DNA of 64,000 nucleotides from a virus: IMG/VR virus record IMGVR_UViG_3300020281_001713; one strand, 5' to 3'. The first letter of the stretch is position 1. Each line of letters begins with the position of its first letter. The notes below the pieces were generated by a model. That model was not told where the DNA came from, searched no databases, and saw only the letters and a list, made by a program, of their open reading frames with translations. Both the position numbers and the translations under genes were made by a program. Positions 47,567-57,840 of the stretch are shown piece by piece.

Positions 47567-47850
47567 AGCTTTCCAATAGGCATTGTTGAGCTTGCACTTA
47601 AATTCCATACTTGTTTCTTTTCAACACCCTTCTTTTGTGCAAATTTTTTAGCATCACAGTTACTACAAACATGGAAATAATTGTTGTTTAGACGTTTAGG
47701 ATCCATACTACCGCGTGGCCTAGTAAATTCAGTATCACAACTGTCGCATCTTAGTAATACAAAAGTTTGAAACCTATTGTATTTGTGTGTTTTCCCTAGC
47801 TTACTAGACCTCGTATGCCGGGTTTCTTTTTTGAATTCTTTTAAGAACAT
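47563..47850 (-). CDS. zinc-ribbon protein
   Basis: CDSC...CSNC; TAAATA upstream on the minus strand. Confidence 0.65.
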   Translation of the reverse strand: MFLKEFKKETRHTRSSKLGKTHKYNRFQTFVLLRCDSCDTEFTRPRGSMDPKRLNNNYFHVCSNCDAKKFAQKKGVEKKQVWNLSASSTMPIGKL

Positions 47851-47913
47851 AACTATATTTAACATTAAGATTATAAAAAAATTCAATAAATACTATTGAT
47901 TAAAGGAGCTCCA

Positions 47914-48285
47914 ATGACCATCTGCACACTAACTGAACAAGCAAAAAAACAAGTAAACATACTTTGCGAGGAAAATAATTGCTTCGCGGTTAGTCTAAAC
48001 CTTACTGGCGGCGGCTGTGCAGGGTTTCAGTATGACTGGGATTCTGTAGAAAAAGAAGAAGATGTAGAAAAAATGGATATTGTTATTAATACAGGGTCAG
48101 GAAATTTTGTTATTGGCGCACACAGTATAATGTTTTTAGCAGGCACAGAAGTAGATTATGTAAAATCTTTTGTAGGGCAAACATTTGAAATAAGAAATCC
48201 AAACACAAAGTCAGAATGTGGTTGCGGAGTAAGTATAAACTTTGATATGGATAAACTAGATAACTCGCTGGCTACAGCAGTATAA
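47914..48285 (+). CDS. A-type Fe-S carrier (IscA/ErpA, HesB family)
   Basis: GGGCAGFQY, NPN..SECGCGVS. Confidence 0.92.
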   Translation: MTICTLTEQAKKQVNILCEENNCFAVSLNLTGGGCAGFQYDWDSVEKEEDVEKMDIVINTGSGNFVIGAHSIMFLAGTEVDYVKSFVGQTFEIRNPNTKSECGCGVSINFDMDKLDNSLATAV

Positions 48286-48300
48286 CGGAGCATTTAAAGA

Positions 48301-51300
48301 ATGGCAAAGCAAAATATTGATATTGGTGTAGAAGGTAATGACGGCACCGGCGATAGTATTAGAGAATCGTTTCGTAAAGTAAACGAAAATTTCCAAGAAC
48401 TATATGCAGTATTTGGTATTGGTGGACAGATATCTTTTACAGACCTTAGTGACACGCCAAATACATATCAAGGTAATGAAAACAAAATACCAGCAGTAAA
48501 AAGCGATGGTAGTGGTGTTAGCTTACTTCAGCTAGCTTCAAATAATGCTTTAGACGGCACTATTGATACTATTGGCTTTGATTATACTGTAGATGGTAAA
48601 CTAGTAATTAAACAACTAGTTTCTAAGGTTTCTAACGACCCAGTTCCAACACTAGGTGGTCCATTAGATGCGGCTACACAGCCTATTGCAAACGTAGCTG
48701 TTACGCAAGCCGCAATTGATACATTTAACTCTGTACATAATACATCTTATACTATATCAGATTTAGTTATTAATAAAGCTTATGCAGATAGTAACTATCA
48801 ACAAAAAGATGTTGCAGGTGGAGGTTTAAGACTAGGCGACGAACCAACTGATGTTTCTGCTTATACACTTACTGTTGGTTCATTAAATTTAGGTAATCTT
48901 GTTATATCAGGACACGGATTAACAGGAAGTTATACTGGTGCAGGATTTAAATGGAAATCAACTGGAACTGATCCAAGTAATGTTGTAACCGGAAATACTT
49001 ACTTTACAAGGATTATAGATGATAATAACATTAGCTTGCATACAACATCTGCAGGAGCTATTGCAAATACAGGAAGAATACTATTAAGTGGTGGCACAGG
49101 TACATTTACAATTACAGATGCGGCATATGATGCTACACTTACAGGCAATTGGTTAGATAACGTAGCACTACCTAGAAAGTCTGTTGTACGTAGACAAGGC
49201 GATACAATGGCTGGCACATTAAACTTATTTGATCATCCAGGTGAACTAGCTGGTAAAGGTACACCATACGGTCCTGATGATCTACAAGCAGTATCTAAAT
49301 TATATGTCGATAATGTTGCGGCTACAAGTGATGTAAACATCTTTGTTACAATGAAAGGTGACGATACGCAACGTTACACACCAGACGGTAAACAAGGTAG
49401 AGCAATTGGTTATGCATACAGAACTATAAATGCCGCGGCTAGAAAGGCTGAAGAAATAATTGTTTCAGCACCTCCTGAGCCAGGTCCTTATATGCAAACA
49501 CTTACATTTAATACTGGTGCAACTAATTCTACTGTGAACACAGCAGGTATTACTTCTCCAATAAGTGGCAGAACAAATGCTAGAACACTTGTAATAAACA
49601 ACAAAGAGTTTGTTGCAAAAGAAACAACTGCATATATGAATGCAACATACCCCGACCATAAAGGAAAGTATGATGAAGAAGCATTTGAAAAGCGTATAGA
49701 AGAAATACTAGATAGTGTTTCATTAGATGCATTATTAGGAAACAATGCAAACTTCTTATCAAGGTATGCAGGATTAACTTACTATGCAAGTGTTGAAGGG
49801 CAAATACTTATAGGCACACAAAAAACAGAAACTGTAGCTGGTATTACATACGCTAAAACCATTGTTAAAAATAATATCCTAACTAATACAGCAGTTTCAA
49901 CAAACTATCAAACACAAGTAACACAATTTATTAATAATGCTATTGTTCCAGATGCACAAGCTGATGATGCAATTGATGCTAAGTTTCAAATTGTACTAGA
50001 TGTTATTAATAATGGTGCATTAAACGCACCTGCTATTGTTGATGGAACTACTACATACAAAATTAACGCAAATAATGGTAACTTTGGTTACTTAGATCAA
50101 GCTAATCCAAACAACACTGATGCTATTCCTGGTAAAGTTCTTAGAGGTAGAACTTCAGGTGCTATAGGCTTAATGGTTGACTATAAACATGAGTCTGGCA
50201 CAAGAGCAGTTAGTATTGCAACCACTGATGAAATTGAGTTACAACTTCTTACGCCAGTGGAATTTATTCCTGGTGAAGAATTAGAATATGGAAACGTTCA
50301 AAATTCAACACAAGTTGTATTAATTGTTGAATCAGGAATATACGAAGAAGACTTTCCTATTAAAGTTCCAACTAATGTTTCCATTAGGGGAGACGAGCAA
50401 AGACGAGTAATTGTTCGTCCTAAGAAACGTGTTTCACAATCCCGTTATGCTGACACATATTTTTACAGAGATGCTGAATTTGATGGTTTAGTTTTAGGTG
50501 TATCTGAAATAAACTCATTAAAATTTGAAACACAGATTAATTCTTCAAGAACAGCAGGAACTTATACTGTAACAAGTTCTAACATGACTACTAGCAAGCT
50601 AGGAAAAAATGCAACAATTACTGTAGTCATTGACAGCAATGGTGCAGTTGAATCTGCAACACCAACTGTAAAAGGTGAGGATTTTGTAAAAGACGAAACA
50701 ATAACTATAGAAGATTCTCAATTAGGTGCAGGTGGAGCACCATCTGTTATATTAACAGTTGATACAATTTTAAATGGAGATGTTTATAAAAATCCATTAA
50801 CAGGAACATTTGATGGATACTTTGGTTACCATTATTTAGAAAAACCAGGAAGTTTAAAAAATATTGGTGCTGGCTATACCAACGTAGGTAATTGGGAAAC
50901 ATCAGCACTTACGTTTATAGACAACAAAGAATTCATTCAAGAACAAGTTGTAAACTATGTAGAAACAACTTATCCAGCTTTGCCGGCAGGTGCAATTTAT
51001 TCTAGGGCAAAATGGTTTGGATGGGTAGGTAAAATTGTTGATGCTATTATAAAAGATTTAAGACTTGGTGGTAATGAATTTATTTTAGAAGAACAAGGTG
51101 ATATTTACTGGGAAGGTAAAACAGACTCTTCTTTACCAAGTGATTACTATGATGAATGGGTAGCTGGTGTTAGTCATATCTATACTATGGCTAATAAACT
51201 ATTACAAGGACAGGCTCCAACAACATTATATAATCAATCAGGAGGAAGTGCAAGTGATAGAGTTTATGCACAAGATTTAACAAATGGAGATTCTGCTCCT

Positions 51301-54300
51301 GCTAATTGGTCTGCAGGAAAATTATATAGATTGCAAGATGTTGTTAAATTTACATCAGCAGGAGTTGTTAGATATTATATTCCAAAAATCCAGCACACAT
51401 CAGGAAGCACTTTTGATGCAACTGAAATTGCTACATTTTGGACTGAAATAGATACAATTGATACAACTGTACAGAATTTTATTAATAGCGTTAACTTTGC
51501 ATTTAACGCCGCATACAATCCACCGAAGCGTAACCAAGATTTAGATGTATTCTTGCTTAATGATGCAACAATTTTAAGAAACATGACTGTACAAGGTCAG
51601 GGCGGATTTATGGGTGTACTTGATCCAGACGGACAGGTCCTTACAAAATCTCCATATATTCAAACAGGTTCTAGCTTTGCGGCATCGTTAAACAAACAAG
51701 CATTTAGAGGCGGATTATATACAGACGCATTTGTAGGTAACTCAGCAATTAGAGTAACAGGTAGGGTTGCAAATGATCCATTTAGATTGACCATTCAAAG
51801 TTTAGGCTCACAAGCTGATCCACAAGGCTTATTTGTAAGACGTCCGCAAACTCCATGTGCATTTTACATTGATGGTAGACGTTTCCAAGTTAACGCCCTA
51901 ACAAATTACGATAAGTCACTAGGTACAGCAGAAATTGTATTGGATAGAAGTTCAAACGGTGGAATAGGTTTTACAGGAACTACTAGTGAATTAATAACTG
52001 GATTTAACTTAACGCAAGTAGGTACGTTTAACTTTGACGAAACTAAATGTGAAAGAGATACTGGATACATTTTAGATGCGGTGGCTTTTGATTTAGCGTT
52101 GAATACAAACTACAACCAAGTTACAAATGGTCTAGCTTATCAGCGTAATGGTGTTAGCACTTATTTACAATCAAATCAAAAAACACAGACTATTGCGGCT
52201 ATTCAAGTTGCAAAAGCGGCGACAGCGGCCTTATCTAACGTAGCGTCTGATGCTACTGCACTGTCTAGGTCAAACGCCGCATTTGATGAAATAATTGATA
52301 TTATTGATAATGGTGCTTTGGGTACAGAACAAGCCGCAGATACTATTACTTTTTCTACCCCAGGATCTTTACCCACAGCAAATGCAGTAGAAGCAAGAAC
52401 AAAGCTACAAGAAAACAGAGTTTTCTTAGGCGCAGAAGCAGTAGCATACATAAATTTAAATAGTCCTGCACCAGGATACGATCAAGTTAAATGTGCTAGA
52501 GATGTAAGATTTTTAATTGATGCTTTATCATACGATATTAACTACGGTGGTAACCAAGCATCAAGAATTGCGGCAAGATCATATGTAGACGACGGTGTTC
52601 CTGTACTGGCAGCCGCAGAAATAACACCTACTGCAAATGCTTTGAATCATATCAAGGGTTTACTATCTGATATTATTCAAGGTAATGCTATTACAAAATC
52701 AACAGGCAATACTGAAACACAGGTCACTGCTGGTCTAACAGCAACAGCAACCGAAGCTACACAGTTGGTTAGCTTGTTTGATATTACAATAAATGTTATC
52801 CAAGCATCTAATCTTAATAGTGTACCAGCTTTAATTAATCCAGATGTTACATGGGCTACTAGTGCATTACAAACTGCAAAAAGTTCTATAGAAAGTAATA
52901 AAGCACTTATCATAAGAAAAACTGTCCAGAGTGTTGCGGCACCAATTGATATTACACTACAAACAGCTGGTAACAGAAGTATGTTAGGTAATGACTTTAC
53001 ACAAATAAATGATCTAGGTTATGGATTAGTTGCTGTTAACGGTGGTATATCAGAAATGGTATCTATGTTTACATACTATTGTCATGCAAGTTACTATTCT
53101 AAAAACGGATCACAAATTAGATCACTTACGGGTTCAAGTTGTTACGGCGAATTTGGATTAGTTGCAGAAGGATCTGATCCAAACGAAATACCAGATGCTG
53201 TATCCTTAGCAGAAGATATGGTAATGCCAGGCAAAATATTCTCAGCTTCGGTTGTTTTACAGTTAACAGGACCTGTACAGGCTGTAGCAGGTGAAACATT
53301 TACACAGGCCAGTTCAGGTGCAACAGGTGTAGTAGTTATTTCAACTGGCGCTAACGGAAGTGTAAACATCTATCTTAGAAATAGTTCAGGATCATTTGAT
53401 ACAACAAATCAAATTACAGGATCAACCACAGGTGCATTAGGTGCTAATTCAGTACCGTTATCAGTAGATGCAACAGGTTATACTAATGCGGCTACTACAG
53501 CTTACATGTATGTGTACGATTTTAAAGATATTCCATCGAATAGATCAGAGTTTGATATCTATCATACAAATGCTTCACCTAATCCTGTGCAAGGAAGATA
53601 TGAAGTTTCTAATATTGAATTAGCAACACCTTACTTGGCTGGTTACAATGGAGTAGGCGTAGGAGGAAGTCCTCCTATTACTGCAACACAAACAGTAGCA
53701 GTAGGTACAGCTAACAATGCACGTTTTCAAATACGAAAGACAAAAACCGATGGCTATTCTGTTGTAGTAACTACACCAGGAACTGACTATAGAGAAAATG
53801 ATACGTTTTTAGTTACAGGCGATCTATTAGGTGGTGCAACACCTACTAATGATGCAACTATTACAGTTACCCAAGTAGACAGTGGAGATAGTACACCTAG
53901 CACAGGTGCAATTACAGGAGCATCTATTGCAGGTACAGCAGATACAACATCAGACGAAACACCGACTTATAGTGGTGCAATTTACAAATTAAACTTTAGT
54001 ACTTCGTCTGCTCAATATGCACAAAATGGGGTAATTGCTCAACCATCCCATAATGATATAGTTAACTATAGACGTAATGAAACACATATTTTAAATGATT
54101 TGGCACAGCCAGACTTGTTAACTATTAGACCAAGCACTGCGGTACTATTTAATGAAAATCCTGGTTTCTTTTATAGATCAATTTCGTTTTTAACAAGTAA
54201 TAGTTTAGGCACTGCTTTAGGTGCAAATAGTATTCAAGCAGGATTTGATAGTGCATTTGATTATATTAGATTAACAATTGATAACACTAGGGCAACTGAA

Positions 54301-57099
54301 ACTGCACTAAGTGGTACAGGGACAACTAAAGGATCCACAGCAGGAGATGTAAGACTAGCACTTCAAGCAGTAGCAGATGCTAATGAAAAATTTAGACTTA
54401 ACAATAATGTTAGGACACCAGAAGCTTACAGACCCGCTGGCTGGACAAGTTCATCATTAACTGAAGCTCCAATTATAACTTGGGCAGGTAAAAAACACTA
54501 TGTATACAATTATAGAGGTGTCAACGGAGCAGGAGCAGAACAAGTATCAGCTTCTGATGATGTTTACGCTATAGTCGATCTTGCAGATGTAGGGGAAACA
54601 ATTAATTCTACAAATGCAACAGGTATACATAGTACAGTTATATTAGGTAATCTAACTAATACAATACGTGCAGGTCTACAAGCAGGTGCGACTGGTGATG
54701 TTACTGTTAACATTTCAACATGTAGAGCTACAGGACATGATTTCTTAGATATCGGTACAGGCGGCTTTAATGCTACAAACTATCCAAACTTTATTTTTGG
54801 TCCTCCGGGTGAAAAGAATGCCGCTCAAGAAGTTGTTGAGAAAAACAAAGGTAGAGTTTTCTTTGTTAGTACAGACCAAAATGGTATTTTTAGGGTTGGT
54901 AAATTTTTCCAAGTTGACCAAGGTACAGGTACTGTAACATTTAGTGCAAGTATAGCGTTATCAGATGTTGACGGACTTGGATTTAAGCGAGGAGTTGTGA
55001 TTACTGAATTCTCAACAGATACAGCAATGACAGACAACGCTAGTGATACAGTTCCAACAGAAGGTGCTGTCAGAGGATATGTCAACAGACGTTTAGGTTA
55101 TGATGTTAATGGTACAGCAGTAGCAAACAAGTTAGGGCCAGGTGTACTTGCTCCTAATGGTGTTGTACCAATGACTGGTGACTTAAATGCCGCGAGTAAC
55201 ACAATTACAAACTTAAAAACACCAGCACAAGACAGCGATGCGGCTACTAAATCTTATGTTGATAATATTGGTGGTAGTATTGACGTACCAGCACTTAGAA
55301 GTTCTGAATATAATGATTATTCTGCAGGTAACTTATTTGTTGCCACAGGAGAAAAGAAACTTATTATTAGTGCAGGTTCTATTGTAAGTGGACCGTTTGT
55401 TCAAGGACAAACTATAAGCGGTAATAACAGTGGTGCAACTGGTACTATAGTTGACTTAAAAACAACAACAAATGTTGAAGGTAATGTTGTTGAAATAACT
55501 TACACTCCAGTAACAGGAACATTTACAGATGGTTTACCAGCAGGTGGCGGCGAAACACAAGATACAGTTAGTGTAGTTGGCGGCGCCCAAGGTACACTTG
55601 TAAAAGGACCAATTGACGTCTGGGCAAACGGTATTGCAACAACTTCAAGTGATATAACATTTACTCCGACAAGACAAAGAACTATTGTCGGAGGAGTTGT
55701 AACAGATAGATATGTAGATTTAGACATACAATACAAAGTAGGCTCTATTGTTAATGCTGACGTAAGTGGTTCAGCAGGGATTTCACAAAGTAAACTTGCA
55801 ATGACTGCCGCAGGCACTAGAGTAAATGCTGTAAATATTGATCAATCTGATTTAGGTTTAAGTGCATACGATCAAGCAGTATTTACAACAACAAATGGAT
55901 TTGTTAGTATTGCTGATGGCCAACTTAACCTTAAGAAGATTCAACGTATTAGTGATGGAACTGTATTAGGTAATTGGAGTGGAGATAGTAGTGACAATGA
56001 TATAGATGAAATATCATTTTCAACAGTAGTTTCACAAGGCGGCGGTATAGGCGATGCTGACTTAACTACAACAGTAGGAGCAGCCGCAGATCCAGGTGAA
56101 GCTGTAATTAAAACAGGTTCAGGAACATATGCTGTAAGTAATGTAACAAAAACTGGTGAAGTAAACAGTATTGTTAAGACAGATACTTCCGGAAGTATAC
56201 AAGTAAATTCATTGATACTTGGTGGTGATCCAACATATGAAATTTTATCACTAGATACTACAACAGTCATTATGAAAACACCTGCACAAGGTGAAATACT
56301 TAGGGCAACAGGTACAAATGGTACAAGCTCAAACGGTGCACCTGATATACTAATGGCAGGTAGTCTTAACATAGACGGCACTGGTGTTGCAGAAAGTACA
56401 TTACAAAATGCTTCAAACTTTAATGGCGAAGCTGTCTTAGGTGTTGATTGGATTTATTCTAGCTTTATTGAAGCTCCAGGCGAAAAGGGAGCGGCAAGTA
56501 CAGCTATTGCAATTGGTGCTAATACAGGTAAAACTGCGGCAGGACAAGTAGGTATTGTTACAGCTGATAGCGGAACTTCTTCTAGTGTTGTACCATTTAT
56601 TTTTAGTAGTACAGGTGCTTTACCAGATGTTACAAATACATACGATATTGGTAGTGCAACATTAAAATATAAAGACATTTATGCTACTACGTTTTATGGA
56701 ACAGCTACAGAAGCTTACTACGCTGACTTAGCTGAGAATTACATAGCGGATCAAGATTATGAAGCAGGTACGGTACTTGTGTTTGGTGGTGAAAAAGAAT
56801 TAACAACAACACAGGCAAAAGGTGATAGAAGAGTTGCAGGTATAGTATCTACTGAACCAGCACACTTAATGAATTCAGCTTTAGAAGGTAAGCATGTGAC
56901 ACCTTTAGCACTACAAGGTAGAGTGCCTTGTAAAGTGATAGGCTTGGTTATGAAAGGCGACATGTTAGTTACAAGTGCTATTCCAGGATATGCTATTGTA
57001 GACAACAATCCAAAAGTTGGTACTGTCATTGGTAAGGCTGTAGGAAGCAAAACAGATAGCGACCGTGGCGTAGTTGAAATTGTAGTAGGTAAGCATTAA
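48301..57099 (+). CDS. giant virion structural protein (baseplate/fibre), 2932 aa
   Basis: T4 gp9/gp10-like N-terminus (NDGTGDSIRESFRKVNENF), helical CxRD repeats, beta-helix segments, C-terminal YADLAENY...GRVPCKV module. Confidence 0.85.
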   Translation: MAKQNIDIGVEGNDGTGDSIRESFRKVNENFQELYAVFGIGGQISFTDLSDTPNTYQGNENKIPAVKSDGSGVSLLQLASNNALDGTIDTIGFDYTVDGKLVIKQLVSKVSNDPVPTLGGPLDAATQPIANVAVTQAAIDTFNSVHNTSYTISDLVINKAYADSNYQQKDVAGGGLRLGDEPTDVSAYTLTVGSLNLGNLVISGHGLTGSYTGAGFKWKSTGTDPSNVVTGNTYFTRIIDDNNISLHTTSAGAIANTGRILLSGGTGTFTITDAAYDATLTGNWLDNVALPRKSVVRRQGDTMAGTLNLFDHPGELAGKGTPYGPDDLQAVSKLYVDNVAATSDVNIFVTMKGDDTQRYTPDGKQGRAIGYAYRTINAAARKAEEIIVSAPPEPGPYMQTLTFNTGATNSTVNTAGITSPISGRTNARTLVINNKEFVAKETTAYMNATYPDHKGKYDEEAFEKRIEEILDSVSLDALLGNNANFLSRYAGLTYYASVEGQILIGTQKTETVAGITYAKTIVKNNILTNTAVSTNYQTQVTQFINNAIVPDAQADDAIDAKFQIVLDVINNGALNAPAIVDGTTTYKINANNGNFGYLDQANPNNTDAIPGKVLRGRTSGAIGLMVDYKHESGTRAVSIATTDEIELQLLTPVEFIPGEELEYGNVQNSTQVVLIVESGIYEEDFPIKVPTNVSIRGDEQRRVIVRPKKRVSQSRYADTYFYRDAEFDGLVLGVSEINSLKFETQINSSRTAGTYTVTSSNMTTSKLGKNATITVVIDSNGAVESATPTVKGEDFVKDETITIEDSQLGAGGAPSVILTVDTILNGDVYKNPLTGTFDGYFGYHYLEKPGSLKNIGAGYTNVGNWETSALTFIDNKEFIQEQVVNYVETTYPALPAGAIYSRAKWFGWVGKIVDAIIKDLRLGGNEFILEEQGDIYWEGKTDSSLPSDYYDEWVAGVSHIYTMANKLLQGQAPTTLYNQSGGSASDRVYAQDLTNGDSAPANWSAGKLYRLQDVVKFTSAGVVRYYIPKIQHTSGSTFDATEIATFWTEIDTIDTTVQNFINSVNFAFNAAYNPPKRNQDLDVFLLNDATILRNMTVQGQGGFMGVLDPDGQVLTKSPYIQTGSSFAASLNKQAFRGGLYTDAFVGNSAIRVTGRVANDPFRLTIQSLGSQADPQGLFVRRPQTPCAFYIDGRRFQVNALTNYDKSLGTAEIVLDRSSNGGIGFTGTTSELITGFNLTQVGTFNFDETKCERDTGYILDAVAFDLALNTNYNQVTNGLAYQRNGVSTYLQSNQKTQTIAAIQVAKAATAALSNVASDATALSRSNAAFDEIIDIIDNGALGTEQAADTITFSTPGSLPTANAVEARTKLQENRVFLGAEAVAYINLNSPAPGYDQVKCARDVRFLIDALSYDINYGGNQASRIAARSYVDDGVPVLAAAEITPTANALNHIKGLLSDIIQGNAITKSTGNTETQVTAGLTATATEATQLVSLFDITINVIQASNLNSVPALINPDVTWATSALQTAKSSIESNKALIIRKTVQSVAAPIDITLQTAGNRSMLGNDFTQINDLGYGLVAVNGGISEMVSMFTYYCHASYYSKNGSQIRSLTGSSCYGEFGLVAEGSDPNEIPDAVSLAEDMVMPGKIFSASVVLQLTGPVQAVAGETFTQASSGATGVVVISTGANGSVNIYLRNSSGSFDTTNQITGSTTGALGANSVPLSVDATGYTNAATTAYMYVYDFKDIPSNRSEFDIYHTNASPNPVQGRYEVSNIELATPYLAGYNGVGVGGSPPITATQTVAVGTANNARFQIRKTKTDGYSVVVTTPGTDYRENDTFLVTGDLLGGATPTNDATITVTQVDSGDSTPSTGAITGASIAGTADTTSDETPTYSGAIYKLNFSTSSAQYAQNGVIAQPSHNDIVNYRRNETHILNDLAQPDLLTIRPSTAVLFNENPGFFYRSISFLTSNSLGTALGANSIQAGFDSAFDYIRLTIDNTRATETALSGTGTTKGSTAGDVRLALQAVADANEKFRLNNNVRTPEAYRPAGWTSSSLTEAPIITWAGKKHYVYNYRGVNGAGAEQVSASDDVYAIVDLADVGETINSTNATGIHSTVILGNLTNTIRAGLQAGATGDVTVNISTCRATGHDFLDIGTGGFNATNYPNFIFGPPGEKNAAQEVVEKNKGRVFFVSTDQNGIFRVGKFFQVDQGTGTVTFSASIALSDVDGLGFKRGVVITEFSTDTAMTDNASDTVPTEGAVRGYVNRRLGYDVNGTAVANKLGPGVLAPNGVVPMTGDLNAASNTITNLKTPAQDSDAATKSYVDNIGGSIDVPALRSSEYNDYSAGNLFVATGEKKLIISAGSIVSGPFVQGQTISGNNSGATGTIVDLKTTTNVEGNVVEITYTPVTGTFTDGLPAGGGETQDTVSVVGGAQGTLVKGPIDVWANGIATTSSDITFTPTRQRTIVGGVVTDRYVDLDIQYKVGSIVNADVSGSAGISQSKLAMTAAGTRVNAVNIDQSDLGLSAYDQAVFTTTNGFVSIADGQLNLKKIQRISDGTVLGNWSGDSSDNDIDEISFSTVVSQGGGIGDADLTTTVGAAADPGEAVIKTGSGTYAVSNVTKTGEVNSIVKTDTSGSIQVNSLILGGDPTYEILSLDTTTVIMKTPAQGEILRATGTNGTSSNGAPDILMAGSLNIDGTGVAESTLQNASNFNGEAVLGVDWIYSSFIEAPGEKGAASTAIAIGANTGKTAAGQVGIVTADSGTSSSVVPFIFSSTGALPDVTNTYDIGSATLKYKDIYATTFYGTATEAYYADLAENYIADQDYEAGTVLVFGGEKELTTTQAKGDRRVAGIVSTEPAHLMNSALEGKHVTPLALQGRVPCKVIGLVMKGDMLVTSAIPGYAIVDNNPKVGTVIGKAVGSKTDSDRGVVEIVVGKH

Positions 57100-57266
57100 T
57101 GAACGAAGAACATCAAAATCTATTAAGTAAACAATATTTAAAACAACTTGTAAAAGAAGGAGCTCCCTTATCGCAAGATAGAAAAAATGAGCAAAAACGT
57201 GAAGTAATTGTTACGGCAGGAAAAATTAGAATACAAGTTGATAAAGGGAACCTAACAAATGGCTAG
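57099..57266 (+). CDS. small hypothetical protein (55 aa, not in the ORF track)
   Basis: Overlapping start/stop fills the gap between structural genes. Confidence 0.5.
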   Translation: MNEEHQNLLSKQYLKQLVKEGAPLSQDRKNEQKREVIVTAGKIRIQVDKGNLTNG

Positions 57267-57798
57267 ACAAACTATAAACATAGGTACAAGTGCAAACAAA
57301 GGTGACGGGGATCCTTTACGTACAGCGTTTACAAAGATTAATAATAATTTTAGTGAACTTTATGGCGGGAACTTTGCAGAACCAACAGCGTTAAATACAA
57401 ATCTTGCAAGTTCGCAAGACGGTGTACATGATTTAGGCACATCTGGTAAACAATGGCGCAATCTACATGTAAAAGACTTTGTTTACATAGGAGGTACTAG
57501 ATTAAGTGTTAGTGCAACAGGAACTTTACTTGTAAATAATGCGGCTATTACAGCAGATGCTATTAAAGGTTCTGTATTTGCGGACGACTCATCCTTGTTA
57601 GTTGATGGGATAAATGGAAAATTTTATGGGCACTTGACAGGAGATGTAAATGGTAGTGTATTTGGTGACGATAGTACAATATTAGTAGATGCAGTAAATG
57701 GAAACATACCCGGGTATGTTAAATTAAGTGTATTAAAATCAGAAGTTGCGGCTAGCACAAGTTTTGCTGATTTTCAATTAAGGATTGCGGCACTATAA
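57259..57798 (+). CDS. baseplate/fibre connector-like structural protein
   Basis: MARQTINIG...GDGDPLRTAFTKINNNFSELY gp9-like start. Confidence 0.8.
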   Translation: MARQTINIGTSANKGDGDPLRTAFTKINNNFSELYGGNFAEPTALNTNLASSQDGVHDLGTSGKQWRNLHVKDFVYIGGTRLSVSATGTLLVNNAAITADAIKGSVFADDSSLLVDGINGKFYGHLTGDVNGSVFGDDSTILVDAVNGNIPGYVKLSVLKSEVAASTSFADFQLRIAAL

Positions 57799-57840
57799 TG
57801 GGTTACGATAAATATATAAAACAGCAGGATGTAAATTAAC

